From the NCBI GenBank assembly GCA_963818525.1, contig CAWFSO010000001.1:85443-149442 (forward strand): a DNA stretch of 64,000 bases, in the 5' to 3' direction. How positions within the stretch are numbered: position 1 is the first letter of the stretch; the number at the start of each line of letters is the position of its first letter. Positions 17,665 to 27,498 of the stretch are shown here, piece after piece. The translations under genes and the position numbers were made by a program. A model generated the notes under the pieces. That model saw nothing but the letters and a program-made list of their open reading frames with translations. It was not told where the DNA came from and ran no database searches. This stretch comes from an uncultured Rikenellaceae bacterium. GTDB lineage: Bacteria > Bacteroidota > Bacteroidia > Bacteroidales > VadinHA17.

Positions 17665-18075
17665 ATGAAACAACTGGTGCTTCGAAATACTTCTTACGAG
17701 AAGATCTACAGGGCACTTGGCATTGTAATGCTGGTGATGGTTATCATTGTAATCATTACGGGTGACTCATCAACCTGGGTCTTCTGGGTCCAGGTGCTGG
17801 CAATGTTCCTTCTGGCCGGTGCTTTCATCAGCCTTAACTTCGGGACGCTGGTGAACAGGCTGACTGCCGATAGCGGGAAACTGACAGTCAGGTGGTACAA
17901 CCGGCCCGGAAAAGTGACAGTAAACATTGAAGACATTACGGAGATACATGCTGAAGAGTCCTTCGTGCGCATCGCGCTGAAATCCGGCAGGATCATCCGC
18001 CTGCCGACGGGCATGCTGGAGTTCAACGAAAAGCGGGCTGTCCGTAAATTTCTCAAGGAGGCTACAGGATTGTGA
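17665..18075 (+). CDS. Two-TM + PH-like domain hypothetical protein, paralog 2
   Basis: 136 aa; paralog of 17183..17593; GTGA overlap with the TonB receptor gene. Confidence 0.75.
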   Translation: MKQLVLRNTSYEKIYRALGIVMLVMVIIVIITGDSSTWVFWVQVLAMFLLAGAFISLNFGTLVNRLTADSGKLTVRWYNRPGKVTVNIEDITEIHAEESFVRIALKSGRIIRLPTGMLEFNEKRAVRKFLKEATGL

Positions 18076-20501
18076 CTTTTTCTCGCACAACTTTCTCTTT
18101 TTGGCTCCTGCTGCTTGCAGTAGCCATACCGGTTTCAGCACAGAAGGTGACGGTCAGCGGCTATGTGACCGATGCGGGCAGCGGTGAGCGCATGATCGAT
18201 GCCACCGTCTATGAAAAGGCATCCTTTGCCGGTACAACCACAAACAACTACGGCTTTTACAGCTTGCCGCTGACCCCCGGGAAGTCGGAAATCATAGTCT
18301 CATACCTGGGCTATGACGCCATAATGATGGAGGTAAACCTAACGCGCGACACGGTGATGAACTTCAGCCTCGTCATGTCAGCAAGCGAGATAGACGCCGT
18401 AACCGTCACCGCCTCAGGCCGCCAGTCGAAGATAGAGAGTCCGCAGATGAGCATGATAGATGTCCCCATCGACAAATTCCTCAAGCTGCCGGTTATATTC
18501 GGCGAGGCCGACGTGCTGAGGGTAATTCAGCTGCTCCCCGGAGTCCAGTCTGGCACCGAGGGGTCCACTGGCATATATGTCAGGGGAGGCGGCCCCGACC
18601 AGAACCTCTTCCTGCTCGACGGCGTGCCGGTTTACAACGCCAGCCACCTCTTCGGCTTCATGTCGGTGTTCAATCCCGATGCCGTGAAGTCGGTCCAGCT
18701 TTACAAGGGAGGCTTCCCCGCACGTTACGGCGAACGCCTCTCGTCGGTGGTCGACATACGCATGAAGGAGGGCAACGAGAAAGAGTTCCACGGTAACTTC
18801 GCCATCGGCCTGATATCTTCCAAGCTCTCGCTCGAAGGCCCGATAATCAAGGACAAAACCTCCTATATCATCTCGGCGCGCAGAACCTATTACGACGTCC
18901 TGGCGCAGCCGTTCATCATGGCGTTTAATGACGACAGTAATGCAAAGACAACCGGGGGTTATTATTTCTACGATCTGAATGCCAAGATAAACCATAAGTT
19001 CTCTGAGAAAAGCCGTCTCTATCTCAGCTCCTACTTCGGCAGGGACAGGGCTTACACAAGGAACAGGAGCACACCTGATTTTTATGACGAGAACAACGAC
19101 AGGTATGAGTACAGTGACAGTTACGAGCTCGGGTGGGGAAACATCATCACTTCGCTTCGTTGGAACTACCTCATCACCAACAAGCTGTTCAGCAACACTA
19201 CACTGACATACAGCAAGTACGACTTCGATGTGACAATTGAATCGTCTTCCGAAAACCTTACCACCAGGGAGAAGTCAGTCGATTACTTCAGGTATTTCTC
19301 CGGCATCGAGGACCTGGGTGCGAAGATCGATTTTGACTATTATCCATCCTCAAGCCACACTGTCAAGTTCGGGGCGGGATATACGACGCACCATTTCAAG
19401 CCAGGGGTGACCACATTCAGGTTTGATCCCATGTCGGAAGATGAGGGTATCGACACCACCTTTGGCGATATGAGGATCAGGGCGAATGAGTTCATAATGT
19501 ACGCCGAGGACAACTTTGACATCACAAGCCGCATAAAGATGAATGCCGGGATACGGTTGTCTCTCTTCAACGTACAGGACACCAGCTATTTCGTTTTCCA
19601 GCCCAGGCTCTCACTGCGCTACCTGGCGACGGACGACCTGTCGTTCAAGATCTCATACAGCAAGATGGCCCAGTTCGTCCATCTGCTGACAACCTCGGCC
19701 ATCAGCCTTCCCACGGACCTGTGGTTGCCGGTGACACGGAAGTTCAATCCGCCCATATCGCACCAGGTGGCCATCGGTTCCAGCTTCAGGCTGCCGTACC
19801 AGCTGGAGATGACCGTAGAAGCCTTTTATAAAACCATGGACAACCTGATTGAATACAAGGAGGGAGCCTCTTTCGGCGGCACCGGAGCGGGATGGGAGGC
19901 TAAGGTGGAGAAAGGCAAAGGATGGGCCTACGGGGCGGAGTTCATGATAGAGAAGAACTACGGCAAGCTGACGGGATGGATAGGATACACACTTTCATGG
20001 ACCGAGCGTCAGTTTGAAAACCTGAATTTCGGGAGGGTCTTTCCCGCCAAATATGACCGGAGGCATGATATAAGCCTGGCGCTGACACATACCTTCAGCG
20101 AAAGGGTCGACGCCGGACTGGTATGGGTTTACGGCACAGGCAATGCCGCCACGCTCGGGATCATGGAATACCCGCCCGAGGATTTCATGAGCGGTGATCA
20201 TTACTATTATCCTGTCACGGAATATCCCAGTCGCAATAACTACCGGACTCCCTCATATCACAGGCTTGACCTGGGAGTGAACCTGCACAAGCAGAAGAAA
20301 AGGGGAATTCGCACATGGAGCTTCTCAGTGTACAATGTCTACTCACGCAAGAACCCCTTTTTCATCTATTGGGGAACAGAGTATTACAGTGAACCTGACC
20401 CTTCAAATCCGGGTGCAATGCTTTACTACAGCAAGCCGGTACTGAAGAAGGTGAGCATCTTCCCTATAATACCGTCAGTCTCATACTCATTTAAATTCTG
20501 A
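18072..20501 (+). CDS. TonB-dependent receptor with N-terminal carboxypeptidase-regulatory-like domain
   Basis: Signal peptide, VSGYVTDAGSGE, TTTNNYGFYSL, plug VRGGGPDQNLFLLDGVPVYN, KGGFPARYG, C-terminal YSFKF. Confidence 0.92.
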   Translation: MTFSRTTFSFWLLLLAVAIPVSAQKVTVSGYVTDAGSGERMIDATVYEKASFAGTTTNNYGFYSLPLTPGKSEIIVSYLGYDAIMMEVNLTRDTVMNFSLVMSASEIDAVTVTASGRQSKIESPQMSMIDVPIDKFLKLPVIFGEADVLRVIQLLPGVQSGTEGSTGIYVRGGGPDQNLFLLDGVPVYNASHLFGFMSVFNPDAVKSVQLYKGGFPARYGERLSSVVDIRMKEGNEKEFHGNFAIGLISSKLSLEGPIIKDKTSYIISARRTYYDVLAQPFIMAFNDDSNAKTTGGYYFYDLNAKINHKFSEKSRLYLSSYFGRDRAYTRNRSTPDFYDENNDRYEYSDSYELGWGNIITSLRWNYLITNKLFSNTTLTYSKYDFDVTIESSSENLTTREKSVDYFRYFSGIEDLGAKIDFDYYPSSSHTVKFGAGYTTHHFKPGVTTFRFDPMSEDEGIDTTFGDMRIRANEFIMYAEDNFDITSRIKMNAGIRLSLFNVQDTSYFVFQPRLSLRYLATDDLSFKISYSKMAQFVHLLTTSAISLPTDLWLPVTRKFNPPISHQVAIGSSFRLPYQLEMTVEAFYKTMDNLIEYKEGASFGGTGAGWEAKVEKGKGWAYGAEFMIEKNYGKLTGWIGYTLSWTERQFENLNFGRVFPAKYDRRHDISLALTHTFSERVDAGLVWVYGTGNAATLGIMEYPPEDFMSGDHYYYPVTEYPSRNNYRTPSYHRLDLGVNLHKQKKRGIRTWSFSVYNVYSRKNPFFIYWGTEYYSEPDPSNPGAMLYYSKPVLKKVSIFPIIPSVSYSFKF

Positions 20502-20506
20502 AAGGC

Positions 20507-21544
20507 ATGAAGATGAGGAGACTGATGATATATTTCCCGGCCTTGCTGATCATGGCAATTTCGGCCGGTTCATGCGAGAGTGTGATCAAGTTCAAGGGTG
20601 AAGGTGTTGACCCGAAGATCGTGATATACTCCCTTCTGCAGCCCGACAGCCTGATCAAGGTCTCGGTAGCTGTAAGCCATCCAGTCTATGAGGAGAGGTA
20701 TGAACCGGAGCAGATAACCGATGCCGTGGTGCGCCTGTTCCGCGACGGAGAACTGATCGAGACACTGGCCTATGTTCCATCAGAACGGCAGCCTGATTAT
20801 TCTCCTGCTGATCCCTGGTCAAGATACGCATCCCGGGCAACCGTGCCTGAGTATGGCAGCACTTACAGGATAGAGGTTGAGGTTCCGGGACTAAAGACTG
20901 CCTCGGGAGAAACGATGCTGCCGGAACTGGTGCCCGTCACAGGTATAGATACAAGCTCGGTGGCAGGGGAGTGGGGAGACAGGCAGCAGATCGTCAAGAT
21001 AAAATTCAGGGATCCGGCCGGGACGGATAATTATTACAGGTTTACAGCCAGGGGCATAGCCGGAACCTATTACGGCGACAAACTGGAGCCCTGGTCACCT
21101 CTCATTCCGGTTATGGTGGTTGAGACAGATCTGAGCTATGGAATTTTGGGAGAACCACTTATCACCCCCAGGCAGGAGGAGGATATCTTCGGCCTGGATC
21201 TGCAAAACACTTACAAAATTTTCATGGATGAACTGATCTCAGGGAAAGAGTATGCCCTTACGATGCAATTCAACCTCTTGCTTCCTGACACTGATTACTA
21301 TGAGTTTGCTCACGCCTCATTCAGCCTTCACTCGATAACCAGGGATCTGTATCTTTTCCTGCAGTCAAACTCAGCGCACATGCAGACAAGGGAAAACTTT
21401 CTGGCGGAACCTGTGCTGGTCTATACCAATATCACCAACGGACTTGGTGTGATGGGAGCAATGTCGACTTCTGCCATAACCTTTAAAATCGGTGAGTATC
21501 CCGTTGAGGGCGTACATTACGAGAGTTACGCTTACTATAAGTGA
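20507..21544 (+). CDS. DUF4249 family lipoprotein
   Basis: Lipobox GSC, F.DPAGTDNYY, EPVLVYTNITNGLGVMGA; canonical partner of this receptor class. Confidence 0.85.
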   Translation: MKMRRLMIYFPALLIMAISAGSCESVIKFKGEGVDPKIVIYSLLQPDSLIKVSVAVSHPVYEERYEPEQITDAVVRLFRDGELIETLAYVPSERQPDYSPADPWSRYASRATVPEYGSTYRIEVEVPGLKTASGETMLPELVPVTGIDTSSVAGEWGDRQQIVKIKFRDPAGTDNYYRFTARGIAGTYYGDKLEPWSPLIPVMVVETDLSYGILGEPLITPRQEEDIFGLDLQNTYKIFMDELISGKEYALTMQFNLLLPDTDYYEFAHASFSLHSITRDLYLFLQSNSAHMQTRENFLAEPVLVYTNITNGLGVMGAMSTSAITFKIGEYPVEGVHYESYAYYK

Positions 21545-21615
21545 GCGTTATCCGGGTCTTAAGGTGTATCATGAAAAAAATCAAAAAAAATCATTGCGGT
21601 ATTGAAATATTTATT

Positions 21616-21634
21616 TACTTTGCACCACAAAGTA
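21616..21634. promoter_or_regulatory. Palindromic operator TACTTTG-N5-CAAAGTA, copy 1
   Basis: tactttg cacca caaagta, 15 nt upstream of ATG 21650; identical arms recur at 22595. Confidence 0.7.
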
Positions 21635-21649
21635 CTACAAAATAGAATC

Positions 21650-22285
21650 ATGAGCCAGTCAGATCAGCACCTTGAAGACATCCAGGTCATAAGGAAAATA
21701 ATGGAGGAGTCGTCAAGATTCCTGTCTCTCAGCGGTTTATCGGGTATCATGGCCGGACTGCTGGGTCTTGCCGGGGCTGTGGCGGCACAATTGATCATTA
21801 CAAAGAGCGGCGCTCCCGCTGATTGGTACATGAAGCCGCTGGCAAGCGGACCGGAGGGATTAAGTTCATGTCTGCCCCTCTTTCTGGAGATGGGAGTGGT
21901 TCTTGTGCTGGCTTTCACCGGAGCTGTATTGTTTTCTATGCGCAAGGCGAGGAAGAGCGGTCACAAGGCATGGACTCCCGTGACCCGGAGGATGCTGGCA
22001 AGCCTGCTGATACCGCTGGGCACCGGAGGCCTCTTCATACTGTTGACCGCAGGCACCGTTCCCGCCAGCGTGACAGCCGCCTCATCACTTATATTCTACG
22101 GACTCGCGGTGGTGAGCGCAGGCAAATTCACCTTCGGGGAGATACACTGGCTGGGCGTGCTCGAAGTCGTTACCGGACTCGTCTGCCTGGTACTTCCTCA
22201 GTACACTGTAATTCTCTGGGCCGTGGGATTCGGAGTGATCCACATGGCATACGGACTCTTCATGCACCTCAGGTACAGGGGATGA
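21650..22285 (+). CDS. Conserved multi-pass membrane protein preceding a wHTH regulator and creD
   Basis: DIQVIRKIMEESSRFLSLSGLSGIMAG, LIFYGLA, GFGVIHMAYG motifs of a widespread Bacteroidota family. Confidence 0.8.
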   Translation: MSQSDQHLEDIQVIRKIMEESSRFLSLSGLSGIMAGLLGLAGAVAAQLIITKSGAPADWYMKPLASGPEGLSSCLPLFLEMGVVLVLAFTGAVLFSMRKARKSGHKAWTPVTRRMLASLLIPLGTGGLFILLTAGTVPASVTAASSLIFYGLAVVSAGKFTFGEIHWLGVLEVVTGLVCLVLPQYTVILWAVGFGVIHMAYGLFMHLRYRG

Positions 22286-22578
22286 AAGCAATCCTTGCAA
22301 ATTTCAACAAGGCTTTCGAGAGCCGGATCAGACTGGGCATCATGTCAGTGCTGGCGGTCAGCAACAGCATGGACTTCACCGGGCTGAAAGAGACACTGGC
22401 CGTGACTGACGGAAACCTCGCCAGTCACCTCCGGGCGCTGGAGGAGGGCGGTTATATCAGCATGGAGAAGAGCTTCATAAACCGCAAGCCAAATACAAAT
22501 TATACAATTACCGAGAAGGGGCTGGAGAGCTTTAAAAGCCATCTGCAGGCGCTTGAGGAACTCATTAACAAGAAGTGA
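22282..22578 (+). CDS. Winged-helix transcriptional regulator (HTH_34/MarR-like)
   Basis: SRIRLGIMSVL, TDGNLASHLRALEEGGYI, KSFINRKPNTNY; ATGA overlap with the upstream gene. Confidence 0.88.
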   Translation: MKAILANFNKAFESRIRLGIMSVLAVSNSMDFTGLKETLAVTDGNLASHLRALEEGGYISMEKSFINRKPNTNYTITEKGLESFKSHLQALEELINKK

Positions 22579-22594
22579 TTTTTTTTATCCTTTT

Positions 22595-22613
22595 TACTTT
22601 GAAATACAAAGTA
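22595..22613. promoter_or_regulatory. Palindromic operator TACTTTG-N5-CAAAGTA, copy 2
   Basis: tactttg aaata caaagta, 20 nt upstream of the creD ATG. Confidence 0.7.
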
Positions 22614-22633
22614 CTTTTATATAAATTAATGAA

Positions 22634-23935
22634 ATGGAAAACGAAACTTTACAACAGGAAAAATGGTACCAGTCGATGACCGTCAAGATGGTCCTGCTGG
22701 CAATTATGGGTCTGATGCTTCTCATCCCGCTGGTGCTGATCAGCGAGGTCATAAGGGAGCGATCGCTGAACGCCGAAACGGCTCGCACTGAGATAGGTGC
22801 ATTATGGGCCTCGGCACAGACAGTCACAGGTCCGGTACTGAATGTGCCCGGCACAAAGGTAATAGCAGACGACGGCAGGTATGTAACAACCACCATGCAC
22901 ATCCTCCCTGACGACCTTAAGGTTACCGGCGAGCTTATGCCGGAGATTCGTTACCGCGGAATATATGAGACGGTAGTCTACGACTCAGACCTTGAGATCT
23001 CCGGGAAATTCTCAATTGAGGGATACGAGCATCTCAATGACTACACATGGCAGTGGGATCAGGCTTATATTTCGCTTGGCGTTTCGGATAACAAGGGTAT
23101 TAGTGACAGGGCTGACCTTACAATCGGCGGCGAAGTGATAGGCGCACATCCGGGTGCAGGGCAGACAGACCTCTTCGAAAAGGGTATCTCATTTCCACTG
23201 GCCATCGATCCGGGGAAGCTCGGGGAGTTCAATGGCGATTTCAGTCTCAGTTTCGGGCTGAAGGGAAGTGGCAGCATCGCTTTTTCACCGGTTGGAAGGA
23301 GCACAGATGTTAGCCTGTCATCCAAATGGGATGCTCCCAAGTTCACCGGGAACTTTCTGCCTTCCACCCGTGATGTGACAGACGCGGGCTTCACCGCTGA
23401 CTGGTCTGTGACACACCTTAACAGGAGCTTCCCGCAGGTCTGGGCAGGCAAGAGCTATGCCCCGGCTGACGATGCCTTCGGCGTAGACCTCATCCTGGAG
23501 GCTGACCACTACACCAAGGCCGAGCGCAGCGCCAAATACGGGCTCCTCTTCATAGTCCTGACCTTCCTGGTGCTTATAATCATTGAGCTCAGATCGGATC
23601 AGCGCATCCATATCTTCTACTATCTGCTCACCGCCCTTGCCCTGATACTCTTTTTCTCCCTGCTCACGGCTCTCAGCGAGCATGTTGGCTTCAATCCGGC
23701 ATACCTGATCTCATCTGCAGCCACCATCGGCCTTCTGACAGCCTTCTTCTGGTCACTGCTGAAGAAAAGGTGGATGGTGCTTCTTATCAGCGGTCTGCTC
23801 ACCGCGCTGTATGTCTTCATTTTCTTCCTGCTGGCAATGAAGGACTACGCCTTCCTGGTCGGCAATATCGGGCTCTTCGTCATCCTTGCGGTGCTGATGA
23901 TTGTCTCCGCAAAATACAGGCTCTTCAGGGAATAA
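22634..23935 (+). CDS. creD: Cell envelope integrity inner-membrane protein CreD
   Basis: LLIPL...I.ER, QTVTGPVL, RYRGIYE, F.GNFLP, Y.KAERSAKYG, LL..LSEHVGF..AY. Confidence 0.92.
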   Translation: MENETLQQEKWYQSMTVKMVLLAIMGLMLLIPLVLISEVIRERSLNAETARTEIGALWASAQTVTGPVLNVPGTKVIADDGRYVTTTMHILPDDLKVTGELMPEIRYRGIYETVVYDSDLEISGKFSIEGYEHLNDYTWQWDQAYISLGVSDNKGISDRADLTIGGEVIGAHPGAGQTDLFEKGISFPLAIDPGKLGEFNGDFSLSFGLKGSGSIAFSPVGRSTDVSLSSKWDAPKFTGNFLPSTRDVTDAGFTADWSVTHLNRSFPQVWAGKSYAPADDAFGVDLILEADHYTKAERSAKYGLLFIVLTFLVLIIIELRSDQRIHIFYYLLTALALILFFSLLTALSEHVGFNPAYLISSAATIGLLTAFFWSLLKKRWMVLLISGLLTALYVFIFFLLAMKDYAFLVGNIGLFVILAVLMIVSAKYRLFRE

Positions 23936-23950
23936 ATATTGCAGGTTAAC

Positions 23951-24045
23951 CTTCAGGGAACACCCGGGGCGACTCTCATGGCACACCCCGGGACAACTCT
24001 CAGGGCACTCCCCGGGGCAACTCTCAGGGCACCCCCCGGGCTGCC
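23951..24045 (+). repeat. Four degenerate ~24 bp tandem repeats after creD
   Basis: cttcagggaacacccggggcgact / ctcatggcacaccccgggacaact / ctcagggcactccccggggcaact / ctcagggcaccccccggg; the first unit echoes the creD end cttcagggaataa. Confidence 0.75.
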
Positions 24046-24078
24046 GGGAGATTTTCCGGGGATTCCCCACTGCCACCG

Positions 24079-24121
24079 GCAGTTTGTCCGGATAGCTCCG
24101 TGCTATCCGGACATCTGCTTT
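24079..24121 (+). terminator. Strong hairpin, probable terminator of the creD operon
   Basis: Perfect 12-bp stem tgtccggatagc-tccgt-gctatccggaca (24085-24113), extendable by gcag/ctgc, followed by a short T run. Confidence 0.6.
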
Positions 24122-24221
24122 ACAGGTGAGAGATCCGTTCCCGGATGGGGTTTGAAGCACCCATTATGCAGTCTGAGCTTTTTGCAGTAACTTACAGGGT
24201 CGCTTTAAAACACCCGCATCA

Positions 24222-25856
24222 ATGTTGCTGAAAAGGTTTATTGAAGAAGAGAGCAGTGAAAAATTTGACCTGATCATTGTAGGTGGTGGCATCACGGGCG
24301 CGGCCGTGGCCTACATTGCCGCCGCACGCAGCCTGTCGGTGGCCCTTTTTGAGAAGAAAGACTACGGCGGCGCCACCTCGGCAGCCACATCAAAGCTCAT
24401 CCACGGAGGATTGCGCTACCTGGCCAACGGAGAGCTGAAACTTGTGCGCGAATCATTGCGCGAGAGGAGGATCCTCGGCAACATAGCACCCAATTTTGTC
24501 TACTCCCTGCCCTTCCTCATGCCGATGTACAGGAGATGGAAGGGAAACATCTGGAAGATGCTCGCCGGAATGTACATCTATGACGGCCTTTCATATGACA
24601 AGAAGGATACATGGGACAGGAGCAAAAGACTGCAGAACCACAGGCTCATCTCACACAGGAAAACCATCAGGCTCGAGCCCAATCTCAGGATGGAAGACCT
24701 CCGTAATGCTTTTTATTTCTTTGATTACCAGAGTATTTTTCCTGAGCGGTTAACGCTGGCATTTGTCAAGTCGGCGGCCGAATATGGCGCCAGGGTCTCC
24801 AACTACACACCCGTGGAGGGATTTGTGTTCGGCGACGGCAACAGGATCACGGGTGTGAAGGTGAGGGATCTCCTGACGGGCAAGACAAAAGATGTCCACG
24901 GTGATCTCATCATCAACTGCGGTGGCACATGGGCGGACAAGATCCTTAACCTGGCGGCAGGCAGGGCTTCGTCAGCCCATAAGGTCAAGCGCTCCGAGGG
25001 GATACACATTATCACCAAAAAGATTGCCGGCCATCACGTGGTATCGCTTCAGACCAGTACGGGAGGACACATGATGATAATGCCCTGGCGCGATCATTCG
25101 CTGATTGGTACAACAGACAAGGAATTCCACGGCGACCCGGATGATTACCACGTCTCGCGGGAGAGCATAGATGAAATCATTAACAACGTCAACAGACATT
25201 TCGGAAAGCAGATCTCACGTGAGGATATCATTCATGCCTACGGAGGCCTGCGTCCCCTGGTCGATGACCAGACAAAGGGCTCGTACGAAACCTCGAGGAA
25301 ATACGAGGTATATGATAATGCCACTGACGGGATCGAAGGAATGATAACCGTCGAGGGCGGTAAGTATACAACAAGCAGAAGCCTCGCCAGGGAGGTGCTG
25401 AGACTTATCTCCGCAAAGCTGAACAGGACACTCTCCGACTCGGTCTCAGACAACCTCTACCTGTCGGGATGCGAGATCAGGGACATGAGGCAGTTCATGA
25501 TCAGGCAGCACCTGAACTACCGGGATTTCAGCCGCAACACCGTCGAATATGTCAGCAGGAATTACGGCACCGAGAGCAAAGTCGTCTTCCAGATAGCCAG
25601 GGACGACCGCCGTTTTGCGGAGGTCATCAGCCACGACGGCGAGATACTGGCCGAGGTGGTTTATGCAATACGGTATGAGAGCGCCAAAACCCTCAGTGAT
25701 ATCATGCTGAGAAGAACCGGAACGGGTACGCTGGGAAATCCGGGAAAGGCAATCGTAGACAAAATATCAGCTGTGGCTGCGGAGATGCTTGGCTGGGATG
25801 ACATCAGGAGAGAAGAGGAGACAGGGATTATGATGAAGGTATATGAATTATATTAA
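24222..25856 (+). CDS. FAD-dependent glycerol-3-phosphate dehydrogenase/oxidase family protein
   Basis: DLIIVGGGITG, GATSAATSKLIHGGLRYL, GTTD, YGGLRPL, GGKYTT, DIMLRRT. Confidence 0.9.
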   Translation: MLLKRFIEEESSEKFDLIIVGGGITGAAVAYIAAARSLSVALFEKKDYGGATSAATSKLIHGGLRYLANGELKLVRESLRERRILGNIAPNFVYSLPFLMPMYRRWKGNIWKMLAGMYIYDGLSYDKKDTWDRSKRLQNHRLISHRKTIRLEPNLRMEDLRNAFYFFDYQSIFPERLTLAFVKSAAEYGARVSNYTPVEGFVFGDGNRITGVKVRDLLTGKTKDVHGDLIINCGGTWADKILNLAAGRASSAHKVKRSEGIHIITKKIAGHHVVSLQTSTGGHMMIMPWRDHSLIGTTDKEFHGDPDDYHVSRESIDEIINNVNRHFGKQISREDIIHAYGGLRPLVDDQTKGSYETSRKYEVYDNATDGIEGMITVEGGKYTTSRSLAREVLRLISAKLNRTLSDSVSDNLYLSGCEIRDMRQFMIRQHLNYRDFSRNTVEYVSRNYGTESKVVFQIARDDRRFAEVISHDGEILAEVVYAIRYESAKTLSDIMLRRTGTGTLGNPGKAIVDKISAVAAEMLGWDDIRREEETGIMMKVYELY

Positions 25857-27492
25857 AAGCATGGAGAGGTCTAACAGCTATCGCGATATCCTTAAATGGG
25901 GCGACAAGAGAGAGGAGGAGGTCGGCCACCATATGATCGCACTTATAAAGGAAAAGTTCGGTCTGACCGATGCTGACTTCAGGGAGAAGTACCTCCCCGG
26001 AACGATGCCGGTGAAGCTCGACAGGCCATCGCTCCTTAAACCGGCACAGGCCGACTACCTGAGGAGTATCGCAGGTGAGGAGAACGTGCTGACCGACGAT
26101 TACAGCCGCGCCCGTTACTCATGCGGCAAATTCTACGCAGAGCTTCTTGACCTGAGGATGAGCCACGTACCCGATCCTCCTGACGCTGTCGTCTCTCCCC
26201 GCAGTCATGACGAAGTGGTGAAGATAGTAGGGTTCTGCAGCGAGGAGAAGATCCCCATTGTACCTGCCGGGGGACAGTCGTCTGTCACCGGGGCACTGAG
26301 GGCTCCGCACGGAGGCATAGCCCTTGACCTGACGAAACACCTCAATGGTATCCTGAAAATAAACGATGTAAATAAGACTGTCACCGTGCAGGCCGGCATC
26401 TTCGGTCCCGCCCTGGAGGAGGAGCTGAACAGGCACGGTTACACCTGCGGCCACTTCCCGCAGTCGTTTGAGTATTCAACCGTCGGAGGCTGGGTCTCGG
26501 CCAGGGGTGCCGGGCAGGCATCAACGGGGTATGGAAAGATCGAAGACATGGTGGTGGCCCTGAAGGCAGTCACACCCGCAGGTGTGATAGAGACAAGGGA
26601 TTTTCCCCGGACGGCCCAGGGTTGGGATATCTTCAGGCTCTTTGCCGGCGCGGAGGGGACCCTGGGGGTGATCACTGAGGTTACACTGCATCTCTTCAAT
26701 CATGCGCCGCAAAACACCGCCTCGGCAGCCTTTATCTTCAGGTCGTTTGAACAGGCGGTGGAGTCGATGCGCCGGGCGATGCAGAGCGAATACGGCAAGC
26801 CTCACCTGTTTCGGATATCCGACCCGGAGGAGACTGACATCGCCTTCACGACCAGCGGATTTGACGGAAGCTTTTCGGACTCGTTACTTAAGAGGCTCGG
26901 GTTCAGGAGAGGCAGCCGCTGCCTGATGTTCGTGACGGTGGAAGGGGAGAAGGAATATGCCAGGTTTGTTCTTGGGAAGATTAAGAGGACGGCACGAAGG
27001 AACAAAGGCATGTATATAGGCGGCGGTCCTGTCAGGAAATGGCTGGCCCAGAGATACTCCAGCGCTTACCTGCGTGACCCTCTGATGGACCTCGGCATCA
27101 TGTCAGATACGCTGGAGACCGCGGTGACATGGGAGAACCTGCTGAGAGTCTGGTCAGCGGCGCATGAGTATGTCAGAAGGCGGCCCAAGGCCTTCCTGAT
27201 GATACACATCTCGCACGTCTACGAGAACGGTGCGAACCTCTACTTCACCTTCCTCAGTCCCATGGAAAAGGGAAATGAGCGACAGGATTTCACACAGTTC
27301 CACAGCGGCCTGGTGGAGACAATACTTGCCAGCGGCGGCTCCATTTCGCATCATCACGGTGTGGGGAGGGTCCTCGCCCCGTGGATGGAAGGGCACCTGG
27401 GAAAGAACTCCCTGGAACTGATGGCAGCAGTGAAGAGACATCTTGATCCGAACAATATCATGAACCCCGGCGGCACGCTGGGACTTAAATAA
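25843..27492 (+). CDS. FAD-linked oxidase, alkyl-dihydroxyacetonephosphate synthase (AGPS)-like
   Basis: GGQSSVTG, GHFPQSFEYSTVGGWV, GAEGTLGVITE, DTLETAVTW, HISHVY..GANLYFTF, SHHHGVG, LDPNNIMNPG. Confidence 0.85.
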   Translation: MNYIKSMERSNSYRDILKWGDKREEEVGHHMIALIKEKFGLTDADFREKYLPGTMPVKLDRPSLLKPAQADYLRSIAGEENVLTDDYSRARYSCGKFYAELLDLRMSHVPDPPDAVVSPRSHDEVVKIVGFCSEEKIPIVPAGGQSSVTGALRAPHGGIALDLTKHLNGILKINDVNKTVTVQAGIFGPALEEELNRHGYTCGHFPQSFEYSTVGGWVSARGAGQASTGYGKIEDMVVALKAVTPAGVIETRDFPRTAQGWDIFRLFAGAEGTLGVITEVTLHLFNHAPQNTASAAFIFRSFEQAVESMRRAMQSEYGKPHLFRISDPEETDIAFTTSGFDGSFSDSLLKRLGFRRGSRCLMFVTVEGEKEYARFVLGKIKRTARRNKGMYIGGGPVRKWLAQRYSSAYLRDPLMDLGIMSDTLETAVTWENLLRVWSAAHEYVRRRPKAFLMIHISHVYENGANLYFTFLSPMEKGNERQDFTQFHSGLVETILASGGSISHHHGVGRVLAPWMEGHLGKNSLELMAAVKRHLDPNNIMNPGGTLGLK

Positions 27493-27498
27493 CTTACA

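Noticed and set aside
21823-22281. N-terminal extension of the 251-aa ORF
   Set aside because: It overlaps the real membrane-protein gene; the wHTH starts at ATG 22282.
23901-24190. ORFs with octapeptide repeats (PGQLSGH, PGATLRA, CPES)
   Set aside because: All frames are open simply because of the GC-rich 24-bp repeat; the region contains a terminator-like hairpin.
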